Shown: positions 1 through 12,302, numbered from the whole stretch's first letter. The stretch: DNA of 48,945 bases, filler included, from Bipalium vagum (GCA_037834085.1; 2 parts of 2 records of this genome joined end to end with filler, not necessarily neighbours in it), one strand, 5' to 3'. Translations and numbers: made by a program. The notes: generated by a model from the sequence alone, not told the origin.

Positions 1-143
1 CTTGAGTTTGACGATTTTTGTGTAAATGTTATCATTGTGATTTTGTGTTATAAATACAAGTTTTGCTTTACTGATTGCTATTATTTTTGCACCACCTAAG
101 AGTTGGAGTCTGGCTTAACGTTTGAAACCTTATTTAGTGAACA
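1..143 (+). mobile_element. 3' end of the 5' LTR of a Ty3/Gypsy element
   Basis: Ends in ...TAGTGAACA (CA terminus at 143), followed 7 nt later by a TGG-initiated PBS-like motif and then gag. Confidence 0.6.
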
Positions 144-150
144 TATTTAT

Positions 151-165
151 TGGTGAGCCCGAAAT
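151..165 (+). promoter_or_regulatory. Primer-binding site (PBS) of the LTR retrotransposon
   Basis: TGGTGAGCCCG... is complementary to a tRNA 3' end (...GGGCTCACCA). The primer tRNA identity (possibly Arg) is not established. Confidence 0.6.
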
Positions 166-565
166 CCGGAAATCAGTTGGCAATTGTGAAATTTGTTGCG
201 TGATTGTGTTTATTGGTTTTTGTTAAGAGTTTGCGTGATTATTTTTGATTTTGTAAACCCTGAGTAGCGTAAAAAACTACTGGAAAAAAAAACTACTGTA
301 AAAATTTTTGGAATTTTTAGTAAACCCCGAAGAGGTATAAAAGTTGTTGGTATATTAATAGTGTTTCAGGAAGAAATTAGTAAGCGTTCAGAAGACTAGC
401 CTGGCTAGTGGAAAGAAATCAGTCACAGACATTCGAGGAGTTATAACCAGAAGTTCGACAAAGATAGTTAAAGAGAGAGGGGTAGAAGAAAATCATTTAG
501 AAATAGAGAATAATCGAGAAGCAACAGTAGAAGATATTAATACAAGTGTTAAAGAGATAAAAGGA

Positions 566-1690
566 ATGGATTACGAATTAGTAAAATTACCGGTTAGGAC
601 ATTTAATGGACAACCAACAGAATTTAAGATTTCAGGCAAGTTGCAGAAGCGTTAGGATACGCAGAGGCAAGAATCGTAAGAAGATTACCGATTCATTTGA
701 GTGGAATGGCATGAAGTGTATATTATGACATAAACATAGCAAACAAAAGTTTGACGAAGAAGCTAATTCCAAGAGATATAGGTAGAGTGAATAGGCAAAT
801 GTTCCACAAGACGAAGCAAGGAGCAGAAGAGCCAGTAGGCGAATATGCGTATCAAGTAGAATTATTAGCACAGAGAGCATGCGAATCCAAGAACAGAAAC
901 AATTAAAAAGATAGTGGAAAATCAGTTTTTCATTGGCATGTTACAACTATTAAGAACAGCGTTAGAATTGGCAGATTATAAGGATTTCGAAGAGTTACTG
1001 CAAAAGGCACGAAAAGCGGAAATGAATATTAAAGGAAACCCAACGATGATTTGTGAAATAGGAGCAGTTAGAGGAGACAGCAGTAGGACAAGAAACGTGG
1101 AGTCTAAGAGAAATGAGATCAATGAGCAACTGGTAAAGAAATGTTTTAATTGTCAGAAGCCAGAACTAGGAAATCAGAACTTGGTCCAGGTCCAGGTAGG
1201 GGTCAGAGGCGGAATACAGATATTGTTTGTCGAAACTGTAACGAAACAGGTCATTTCGCAAAAGAGTGTAAAATAAAAATTTGTAGGCATTGCAACAAAA
1301 GAGGACATTTGGAAGAAACGTGTGGCAAAGAATTCACCCCAAAGAGATAATGTAAACATCGATGGGAAAGTACAATGCTTTAAATGTAAGCAGTATGGGC
1401 ACATGGCGAAATCTTGTCTTAGTGAAAAGACATCACCAAAAGTGGTTAAAAGGTTGGCATTCGGTAATTCGAAAATAAGCATGGTAAGAAATATTGAAGA
1501 CGATGATGAGACCAAGAAATTGAGGGCAGAAAACGAAGAATTAAGACGGCAGTTGTCCAGGGTAATTGGACACGAGACGATATCAATGATCAAATCACAA
1601 GAAAATGAAATTAAGATATTAACCAAAAACGATTCGCTAGAAGAGAAAATAGATGTTAACGGGAATGTAATAATGGCATTAGTGGATTTG
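566..1690 (+). pseudogene. gag: Degenerate Gypsy gag with four CCHC zinc knuckles, running into the start of the aspartic protease
   Basis: Reads MDYELVKLPVRTFNG..., with knuckles CFNCQKP (degenerate), CRNCNETGHFAKEC, CRHCNKRGHLEETC and CFKCKQYGHMAKSC spread over frameshifted ORFs 914/1150/1322. Followed by KIDVNGNVIMALVD, a protease ALVD(TG) motif that is cut short. Confidence 0.85.
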
Positions 1691-3096
1691 GATCAAGAAG
1701 AATACAATACACTTTCAGAGGTACTAAAACGGGAATTCGCAAGAACGCCAAGAAACAAAGACAGAATTATGAATTTGTTAAGTCAGGTAACGGAGATAGC
1801 GGTCACTCCAATGATGCTTGGAAGAATAGTTAAAGTAATAAAGCCACATATAGGAGAGTTTGGTGTTCAACAGGCAGAGATAAGATCCATGATCCGTAGA
1901 TACGGAAGATATATGAGGTTAAGAGGAATATATCAGCGACCAATAAAAATCAAATTGAAAATGGTTGGATGGGAAGAAACGGACATAGAATTTCATTATT
2001 GTGTAAGGGTTCGAGTAGTAAGGGAAAAAGCAACTCAAGTAATGGTTAGGGAATGGATCACATTAATTTTCTGGAATACATACCAGGTAGACGACGACTA
2101 ATACTTATTGGACTGTGGATGCAATGCAGAAGAGGAAACATTAATCGTTGCAGTTCAGGTAGATAGCAATGGACGGCCAGTATTAGCAGGAAACAGTTAT
2201 GAAGAATTAATCAACCAAACTGGCCAAGGAGGTTTGAGACCACCGGAAATGGCAACAGAAGCAGCACGATCCAAAAATCAGAAAGCAACACGATCCAAAG
2301 TTACAGATCCTGATTCAGTGGTTTTGGAAGAAATATCCGAGGAAGAAGAACTACAAAGACCAATAGAAATATCACCAGTAGAGCAAACTCGGGAAGAAAT
2401 TTCAGGACCGGGGGAACAACTATGACCACGACAATTAAGACCCGGAAGCAATCCAGTTGGGAGACCAAGGAAGGACCCAAATGCTCCACGTCCTCAAGGA
2501 ATAAATCGAGAAACTAAAAGAATTGTACGAAGAGAGTATTTACACAGATTAGCCGACCGATACAGGAAACAGTATGAGGAAGAAGCATACGACGAGGCCA
2601 CAAAGGAAGATCAGGAGCGATTACGAAGATTGATTGAACTAATTATCCATCAATGGAGGCAACCGGAGAACCAGATAATTTAACTATAGAAATATTTTTG
2701 GAAATGTCGAAAATTTTATCAGATATTGAAGATTTTGTGGAAGAACCAGACAGCATGAGCGATGAAGTATGGCTAGCACAATTATGTGAAGGAAGAATGG
2801 ACAAAGAAAAGGCAATGGTAAGTATCGCATTAATTTTAAAAAGAGCGGATAAAATGAATCGGGAGTCAGGGAGACGAAACACGGATATATTAATTCGAGG
2901 AGCTAATAAAATGATTGAAGATTATTTTGGACCTTGGATGCAGTTAAACCAATGATGGCGAAGTTTATTGGGAGCAAAGCAGACATCAGAATCAGAGACT
3001 GAATCAACCTCAGAAAAATCACCTGAATCTCCAAGAAGACAGTCAGAATTTAGGCAAAAAACAAGGCGGGAAGAGCAACAGGAAGAGCCGAGATGA
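1690..3096 (+). pseudogene. Orphan ORF inside the Gypsy element, in frame with gag, carrying an AT-hook-like GRPRK motif
   Basis: ORFs 1322-2101 and 2108-2425 and the readthrough to ~2685 share one frame, interrupted by TAA 2099 and TGA 2423. A frameshift leads to 2653-2955, with readthrough to TGA 3094. Contains PVGRPRKDPNAP. Confidence 0.6.
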
Positions 3097-3099
3097 TAG

Positions 3100-4219
3100 T
3101 CAACCCAAGGAATTTATTCGCTTGTAGACCTCGAAGAATGTCCAGACGCATATCCAATAATTATGATAACTTCCATAATCAACTACAATAATCTTTTGGT
3201 CCGTTCACTATACAGGAAAAAATAACAAAATTTGCAAATGGTCTCATTCAATGTCCAGCCATGAAAAAAATTACATAAAAAGGAAACAGCTTCTGTCAAT
3301 CTTTTATTTTACAAAATATTTCAAACTGTGCATTAATGGCAAACAGTTCACATAAGGCAGTTTACATAAAATTTATGATGACAAAAAAAAAGCCATTTAC
3401 TTCACAATTCCACTAGTGGATCAACTTTCCAAGTAGTTTGGATATGAAAATAGAATATAGAAAAGGAGTGAACATTAAAGTACAGATATAATATTAAAAA
3501 CAACTTGTAGTCAATGTTTACTATGTTTATTACAGCACGAAGTTGATAAAATTAAGAAAATAAAAACACTTACATCTAATATGATAGATTTAAAACAAGA
3601 GAATCATTGGAATCATTGACAGAGCAATAGCCTAGAGATATTACGTAAAAAAATAAAAGGAAATTTTACAAAATCGGAAGAACTTAACACTAAATGAAAA
3701 GTGTGGATAACAGAAGAGAAATCTAAAGACTTTCTTGAACAGGTGCACAAAAGTGGCTAGATAAGTAAACCTGAACTTTGAAATGAAGAAATTATGGGAA
3801 TATACGAGAAAAGTTGTAAAGCAATGTGATTATTGTCAGAGATCAAAGATATTGGATGCAATGAGACGGTGATGAAATTTCCAAAATTTGAAGTGTTTAG
3901 ACAGGTTATGATTGATATTTGTGGATCTTTTAGGAAACATTAAGTGAAAAAACACATATTTTGACCATCATTGACAGTAGATTTATTAGATTAATTTCGA
4001 TTTCAAGACCAAATGAGCGAATAATATTAAGTTCATTTTGGAATGCACGGGTTTTAATGTTTAGAACACCTCGAAAATTTTATGTGGATTGTGGAAAAGG
4101 CTTGACTTACGGGCAACAAAGATAAATTAGAAAATATAAATGCAAGTGTTTTCTCTAGTTCTTATCACCACCGGACAAACAGGTTGATCGAAAGACAGTT
4201 TCGGACTGTAAGGAAGCTA
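3100..4219 (+). pseudogene. pol: Degenerate Gypsy pol: RT/RNase H remnants and integrase N-terminal plus core region
   Basis: Fragments YSLVDL, CKWSHSMSSHEK, WINF..LDMKIEYRKG, the integrase zinc-finger QCDYCQ, IDICG, VDCGK and HHRTNRLIERQFRTVRK. Many stops and frameshifts. Confidence 0.8.
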
Positions 4220-6454
4220 TTTTTTCCAGTTTACACACCGGTCGTGGCCTAGACCCGCATGTACCTCGTATGCGCAGAACATACAACAAGGAAGTACATA
4301 TAAACTGCTAACAACACCAACTCAACCCATCACCAAACACCAAAGAGTAACAAAATAAAAACGAAGAACGAAAAGAAATAAAAGAAAATATAACTTACTT
4401 AACTTACCTGCCTTGGGGGTTCATCTTGACCAAGTCTCCTCTCCCAGATCATAAATGACCTCAGGTTCTTCCCAGTTCAACCGTTGGATACCCGTACACT
4501 TTTCCCTTTCTGCTGAGACAGTGATTCGAGCTCTAAGAATGGTTGTTACTTAGGGAGTCCTTACGGTCACTCACTCAACCCGTTGAACGTCAACCAGATC
4601 CAGATACGGCCTAAGCCGAATCATTGCAGCTGAGCCCTCCAAAGACCTCACAGTCATTACTTTCAGGTCCCCGAGCGTTAACCCGAGTTCCTTGAGTAAT
4701 AATCATGTGCTATAACACCAAGCCCCCATCCAATTGAGTGTTATATCTGCTACAACGGGTGCACTCGTCCCGCCCGGGTCTACATACCGATGTACCTCGC
4801 CTATATCATATTTACGACCCTTGATCTTATTAGCTTCCTCCAAGTTTACCAAACTTAAGTCGCTCACACTCTGGGCGTCTAAAACCAGAGGAGGAACACC
4901 TTTCTACGTTATCCGGCTTTTTAAAACTGCACTTTTAGGGAATTTTCGGTTCGACCTCGACCAGATAGCTTAAGGCTTTAAGCTGGGCCACCACATATCG
5001 ACTACACGATTATGTCTCCAGAGATGCAGATCTTTTACAACACCGATTTCCTGGAGTATATGGTTAAGGCTCTAAAGCTTGTCACCGCAGTCTTTATCAC
5101 AGTATGAGCTCCTTGAGCCAGCTCTACCTCTACTTGCTCTGGTCGCAGTTGTAATCAGGTTACCCTAATATAATCTCTTCCGGTCAAAAGTTTGGTACCA
5201 TCGTTGACTCACGAATGAACCCCTGGGAATCGATCCATCTCCGCCAATCCTTTTCCATACAACGTTCCATATAATCTAAATCCTGTAAGGCGATAGAAGT
5301 CGTTCATCAATCGCACTTCGTCAGGGTTCGTTCCACAATGCGACCTCCTTACCAAACCTCAGAATCTCACCTGCCGCACGCACAGCCGGGTCAGTGCTCT
5401 CAGCTAACTTTACCAGCCACCATACCTTTCCGAAATATACTGCAGCCAAGAGTGACGTCACCCCAATACCATCATCCGCCATCCTAGCATGGATATTCGC
5501 TGAAGTCGTATCACTTGGTAATTTCAGCCATCGCTAACTTTCCATCGCACATACTTATCAAGCGTTCTCAACTCAGTTGCGGTTACCAACCCCAATAACC
5601 CTACATGAAGGATCTTAGAAATAAGGAAGTCGTCGCGGAGGATACACACTCTCTGTTGAGGCTTCAGTGGAGATTTTGACACCCCACCTAGACCCCTCAA
5701 GAATAACCGACTAAAATCCTCTTTGACTGGATCCTTTGCCAAGAATCGAATACCCAAATACTTATTTGTGTCGGTATTACTCGACATGTTGGGCAACAGT
5801 TATCGCTAAGGGCAGCATCTTCCAAGTATGACCAACCGCTTGGATTCCATTGTCGTGCACTTCTTTGGTGTCAACTGAAGTCCGCTGAACCGAAGTTCAT
5901 AGACCAACCAACCAAGATTCCGCACCAGCTCACGTTCCAAACACCACGATATCATCCGCATAAGCCAAGATTGGAGTTACCTTCTTCATCCAGCAAAGGT
6001 CCTAACATGCGCTCTCTAACCTTACTAATTGAGGATTCCGACACGTTGTTAAACATGACTGGTGACAATGGGTCTCCCTGTTTCACCCCTCGGTTGATTG
6101 CTACGGTGACGCCGTTAATTATCGTTGTCGCATCACTGTAATTACAGGTAACATACTTAATTACCATTTCCGGGATTCCTCTTTCACTTGCCGCCCAGAT
6201 GAGCGACCCATGATTCACAGAACCGAATGCGTTCTTTATATGCAAAACGCCAAATAGAATCTTCCAGAGTCCATCTTAGCCTCTTCCATGATACCCTTCA
6301 GTTTTGAGATATTCTCAAGGCAACCGTACAGGGGTAAGAACCCCTTCTGCTCATTCCCCAGTTGAACCCCAGAAGAGATTCGCTTGGTGAGAATCTTATT
6401 GAGCAGGCGTGCAATAATGGAGCAGATCGATATGGCTCGGAAGTCACTTCACTT
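4220..6454 (-). mobile_element. 5'-truncated R2-like (RLE-type) non-LTR retrotransposon, degenerate
   Basis: Minus strand reads DFRAISICS..., EQKGF, KNAFGSVNH, RGVKQGDPLSPVMFN, YLG, then CDKDC..HILQ, RHN, KPD, VLDAQ and KGRKYD, i.e. RT + CCHC + restriction-like endonuclease motifs. Followed by a 3' UTR and a short A-tail (T6 at 4220-4225 on +). Markedly more GC-rich than its flanks. Confidence 0.9.
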
Positions 6455-6840
6455 GAAGAAACTCTTAATTAAGAAAAAGTTAGAAGTTGAGACACTGGAC
6501 TTCAAGAGGTTGAGTTTACTTTAAATGCAACTATTCAGAAGTTTTTAGGATGTTCTCCAACAGAAGAAGTTTTCGGAAAAAAGATATTTCATAAAAATAG
6601 TTTTCAGCAAATCACAAAAGGGAATTTACAGACAGGATCATGCAACCGATATTGGGGACTACGAGAAGACACTTCAAGATTGAAAAACAAGTGCATGTAA
6701 CATTGGAACAGGAATAGAAAAACCAAAATTTTTTTTAAGGTCCTTTTGAGATTTCTGGGAAAAATCATGACTTACGTTACCGACTCAGAGATAACAACCC
6801 TCCGGAATTTGAAAAAAAATGTCGAGAAGTTTTCATAATA
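6455..6840 (+). pseudogene. Gypsy integrase C-terminal part, resuming after the R2-like insertion
   Basis: LQEVEFTLNATIQKFLGCSPTEEVFGKK is the typical post-catalytic-core integrase segment. A degenerate GPF motif follows at ~6740. Confidence 0.8.
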
Positions 6841-7100
6841 GAGAGGGAAATAAGATAATTAAAATTAATATATATATTTGTTGGTATTTTAATTACATCA
6901 TAATTGAAGTTTTTTAAATTTTCGAAAAGTTTGGCAGATTGTTAATTAAATAATTGTTAAGAGAAGGCGATTTGTCTTCTCCAAAAGAGTTGAGTTCTAT
7001 TGAAGCTAACAGTTATAAAACAAGGGTTATAGAAAACTACTTAAATGAAATATATTTAAATTTAAATCAACAACAATTGAAGATAAAAATTATAAAAAAT
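6839..7100 (+). mobile_element. Polypurine tract and probable truncated 3' LTR
   Basis: AGAGAGGGAAA lies directly after the integrase remnant. The LTR 3' end seen at 1-143 does not recur, so this LTR is incomplete and its right boundary is a guess. Confidence 0.4.
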
Positions 7101-7537
7101 GATTCTTTGTTTCAAAAACTACAGAAAATATTAGATAGAATTATTTTGTTTTATGTATAGATGTTTCAACTTTTTAAAAAATTTTGATAGCACAAATCTT
7201 TTCAATGTTTAAACTGTTTTATGTTCTGTTTGGTCAATTAATGAATAAGAAAAATTTTTAATTAAATATTAATACGATAAGAATAGTTTCAAAATAACTG
7301 CTTCTTAAAGTTTTAAAAATTCAAGAATTATTATTGGTAATTATCATTTTTAACAACACTGCCTTTGGACATAAACTTGTTTTAATTTATCAATTACGCA
7401 ATATGTTTATGAAGTTACAATAATTTTAATTATTTGATCGAGACTAATCACGTTTAATAAAAATTGATATATTTTTGTAATTGATGTAATTTTTTTATTT
7501 AATAATGTATTTTGAAATATGAAAATGAAATTTACAG

Positions 7538-9487
7538 ATGGTGGATATGTATCCATTTATCCATGGTGGTGTAGCTTCTATCTTTGCCGAAATTTGTAAT
7601 TTAATTGTTTTATTTTGTAATATTTATTTTATAAACAGGTACTTATCCTATTGACACAACCAAAACACGACTTCAAATTCAAGGCGAATCGTCCTTCAAC
7701 AATATCATAAAGGAATTTAAAGGTGGACATTATAATGGGATGTTTCATGCATTTCGAATGATAATTAGACATGAAGGTATCTCAGCACTGTATAGAGGGT
7801 AAATATTGGTATTTGAAATGGTTATTAGAGAATTGAAATTTTTAGATGATTCCCCTTAATTTTTATCAATTTAATTTTCAATTAATGGTTCTTGTCTATT
7901 TATTTACTTTTTTATTTATTTATAAATTAATTAGACTGAGTGCGGCAATTATCCGACAAGCTTCCTATGGTACTATGAAGATTGGTATTTATGACAAACT
8001 GAAAAAAATGACAAATAAAACTAAAGGTTCTTTAGATTTATTTTATTAATCTTTTTAAAAGGAAAATTAAAAATATATCTATTTAAACAATTTTCAATAA
8101 ATGTATTGTTTTATACATAGACGAATCAGTCACCAATAATATTCTTTGTGCAGTTATAGCTGGTGTGCTTTCGAGCACTATCGCAAACCCTACCGATGTG
8201 ATTAAAGTAAGTTTTTAGTTTCGTTTTAGTCTGTTTCATATTTTAACATTTTTATTTAAAATATTTATAACTAAAATACTCTGAGAAATTTTAATTAAAA
8301 CCGTAATTTTTTAATTGATAAAAATCTGATTCCAATTTTTGCACCTCTTTGTCTATTAATAGATTAATGTTACTTAAATTAACAATTTCACAATTTTTCT
8401 TGTCTAGATATTTTAGTCTATTTTTTATATTTTTTTATTATATTATTATTATGAAAAAAAAATGATCTTTTTCAAAACGTTCTGTTGATCAATTTACAAT
8501 GTTAAATGAGCAAAATGCCACCATTTTTATGTAAGTGAAAGTTATGAGTAATTCTTTGGATGTACTTTACGATTTTATGTTGACAAAAAACTTATTAGGT
8601 TAATTATTTATGGTAAAGGAACAATAGCAAAGAGATGGCTTATTCGATTAAGATATGAATGATTTTATTGGTTGATAAGGTCAATTAAATTATGGAAAAT
8701 ATTAACAAAGATCGATTAAAAAGTATTGACAACATCGCCATAAAGTTAAACAAACTAAAATCTAATATTTAGTTTTTGAAAAAGGCTGGAAGATCGAAAT
8801 GTTTGGTCTTCAAAAATTATTTATATAGGATTCCCCTCACTAGAAGAAATCGAGTATTTATCAAATGTTAATAGAAATAGATTCGTAATAATAATAATGA
8901 CCGATTTCTTTTAAGGTGATTTTACCTTTTTGGTGAAATCGAAAAAAAGAAATAGTACACTATGCCTTTTGGAGTCTGATCAAACCAATTTTTCTGCTTA
9001 GAATATGAAATGACTATTAAAACGAAAAGAATTAATAGATAGGAAAGCAAGTCCAAACATACAAAAAACAAAGAACTTGAACTTAAAGTCTTAATGTGTC
9101 AAGTAATAAAACTTTCATTGTCTGTGATGAAATGATATAGGATTAGATAGAAAATAACCTGGAAAAAGATATTTTCCCTTTTCTTAATCAGATGATCACA
9201 GGAGTTTTCTAGAACATAATTATGGATTTACAGAAAAGATAAATGTGAATTTCTGATTTAAAATAGTAATTTTAGAAGTTAAAAAGAAATTTCAGCAATT
9301 TATTATTTCAGTCTATAATTCCAAACTAAATTCGACGTTAAACAAAACGAATGGATAAATATTTCTCCGACAATTTCGTTGACACTATCGTATTCTGAAA
9401 AAATAAAATAAATATTTGTGAAATTAGTCTTACCAGGACCACAATATAGTTTAAAATATTAAATGGACCTAATAGATAAAAATAGTA

Positions 9488-9564
<77 letters not shown>

Positions 9565-12251
9565 TAAAAAAATTGAATAAAATGATGTTAATTCCATCCA
9601 TAAAATTTTACTTTTTTTATATGTTCAGAGTGTATAATTATAATTTAAATATTTATTGATAATTTATCAATTTTTTTAATTTATTAAAAGTTTGTTTTTA
9701 ACTTAATTGATCATTAACATATTATTGATAATTTTTATAATACTAACTTATGAAATTTTGTTACTGTCATGAGGATTTCCTATTTATAGATTTTTGTCTA
9801 TTTTAATATTAAATATTAATTTGAACACACGCTTAATTAGGGTGTATATTTTGGAATTCGATAATAAATAATATCCGATAGCTTAATCAATTATAAGTAA
9901 TTTTTGTTAATGTCTAGTTTTTCGAAAATAAGACCCGTAGTTTTAGTTCTATAGTGTAAATCTATAGTGAACAATTTTCAATTCTTATATTTTTTTTAAT
10001 GGTTTTAACATTATTTAATATATAATGCAAAGTTGTAGTTTATTTTATTAAGCTTTTATTTATATTTTTATTTAAACTAAATGTTTGATAATTTTAATCA
10101 ATATCAATTATTATTTTATTTTAACTTAAGATATATAAAAGTGGACATTTCTATATGATGGGTCTATATAAAATAGAAATTGTGAATTTTGTGAGAAATA
10201 AAAATTTTCTTATAAGGCAACTCTCGTAAAGGCGCATTAATAAAAAGTTCGATAATGCATTCATTTTCCCTTATAAATATCGTCTTAATCATCGTATTAT
10301 TTTTGAATTTAAATGAAGTTAAATATTTTCAAAATAATTGTAAATAGTAAAAACACACATTAATAGTTTTTTGTTCTTTCTAAATTCTATTACACAATAC
10401 GGTTGAAATGAAATCTGGTCACTGGGATATTCCTGTTTTACAATATTGTGTTTTGTATAAGTATTTTCTAGTGTATATTGATAATTAAAAATTTCAAGTC
10501 TAACGTACGTAGTTTTATTTTCTAACAAGAAATAATAATCTTCAAACTAATAAAGTTATAATTTCATGGTAATTTCAAATCTTTATCATTATAAATAAGT
10601 ATGTGTAATTCAAATTACACATACTTATAATTTGATTTGGAAAATTTTAATTTACAATTTCTATCAATTATTTAAAATTATATTTTGGTCTATTAAAATA
10701 TTAAAATCTTTATAATTTATGTTACTTAGATTATGATTTCAAAATTAAAAATCACTAAATTAAAAATAATTTTCATGAGGTTCACAAGAGATGGATAAGA
10801 GTCCTATACTTAATTTAATCAATATGAAATTGTAAAATCTGAGGAAGATTCAATTAGAGTTGTTGAATTATTTTTAATAAAAAATGAAGATCGGGAAATA
10901 ACAATTAAACACTTTAAGAGGAAAGGATTTACATAAAAACGATCAAACATATTTTAAAACCTTATTTTGAAAATGGTTAAGTGAATTACTCAACAAAGTC
11001 TGGTTCAAAATCACCCGTGTTGACTAATATTCAATTAAATAAGATTATGGCCCGTTTTAAACACAACCCTAACACAAGTGTACGTCAAACATCGTTGTTA
11101 GTGAAAATTAATCGGAGATACCGGGATTCGAACTCGGACCTTCACATGCGCATGCACTGCTCTGACCGCTGAGCTACATCCCCCGACTAACTTTCAATTT
11201 ATTTCACAATCGTGTTAATGAAAAATTCCAAAGTCCACAATATCTACTGTAAAGAAAAGGTTGAATATTATAACTAGGAAGAAGATCTGTAATCCTAAAT
11301 AGATGAATAATGTCTTTGATTAATCTTTGCATGATATTGAATTACAGTAATCAAAATGCAAAGAGAAAAAATCAATTAAATTAAAAGGAAATAATTTTCA
11401 ACTAATATAAGTTTTTGATTTTTAAAATATTCCATTATAAATATCATTGAAATAGCCATATGATATTGACTAATGTATACCTGATTACATTCAAACACAT
11501 TTTTGAAACTGCATTTTTGATTTCTCTTAAAGTAAATTTATTGAAAAAAACTTGATAAAAAATATGATAAAATTAGTAAATTTTTAATCATTAATTATTT
11601 TGAAAAACAAATACACGGAAATCTTTAAAGCTATGAATTGACAAAAGGAAAAAAAATATCAAAATTGTTAAGTAGGTTAATTTATAATGGGTTTCATAGA
11701 TGGAAATTAATTTATATTCTATTTTTTGTCTTATAAAATTCAAAAATATTAAAAAATTTTTTAAAAATATAATTTTAAAATTACGTTCAAAATGAAGAAA
11801 TCTTTAAATCTTATAATAAATTATTTAAACTACATAAAAATATCAATAAAATAAATTGAAAATAATTAACAATTATTGATTATAAAGCACATTTTTATCA
11901 AATTTATTGAAATAAATAATAAATTTAATGTTAAAAATAAAATAAAAAAATTTTATGTCAAAATTATTGATAACAATTGATAAATAAACACATTTTGATA
12001 ATAAAATTAGAATGGGGACAAAAATGAAATCCTTTTTCCTAGTTAAAAAATTAAAAACATGTTTTATTAAAATTCAGGTTCGTTTGCAAGCCAAATCAAA
12101 TTATGTTCAAAATTCCAGTTTCTTTCAAGAATTTTTCAAAATAATGTCCAATGAAGGTTTTGGTGGATTATATAAGGTAAATAATTATCATTCTGCTGAC
12201 ATTTTAAACAAACTAAGTTTTATTATTTTTAATTATTTATTATTATTATCA

Positions 12252-12302
<51 letters not shown>

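Noticed and set aside
2099-2425. Programmed stop-codon readthrough or an alternative genetic code in the Gypsy ORF
   Set aside because: The stops are of different types and occur alongside frameshifts, and the host genes read normally in the standard code. Neutral decay explains them.
632-2882. Minus-strand ORFs 632-880, 1174-1626, 2301-2489 and 2643-2882
   Set aside because: These are shadows of the purine-rich + strand gag/orphan ORF.
4401-4440. Possible U1 snRNA (AACTTACCTGCCTTGGGGGTT)
   Set aside because: Similarity is limited to the first ~20 nt. There is no U1 loop II ATTGCAC motif or Sm site, and it lies inside the retrotransposon 3' UTR.
9338-9601. Poly-Leu ORF, and the poly-Ile tail of ORF 12012-12305
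   Set aside because: These are translations of (TAA)n/(ATT)n microsatellites. Only 12078-12176 is a real exon.
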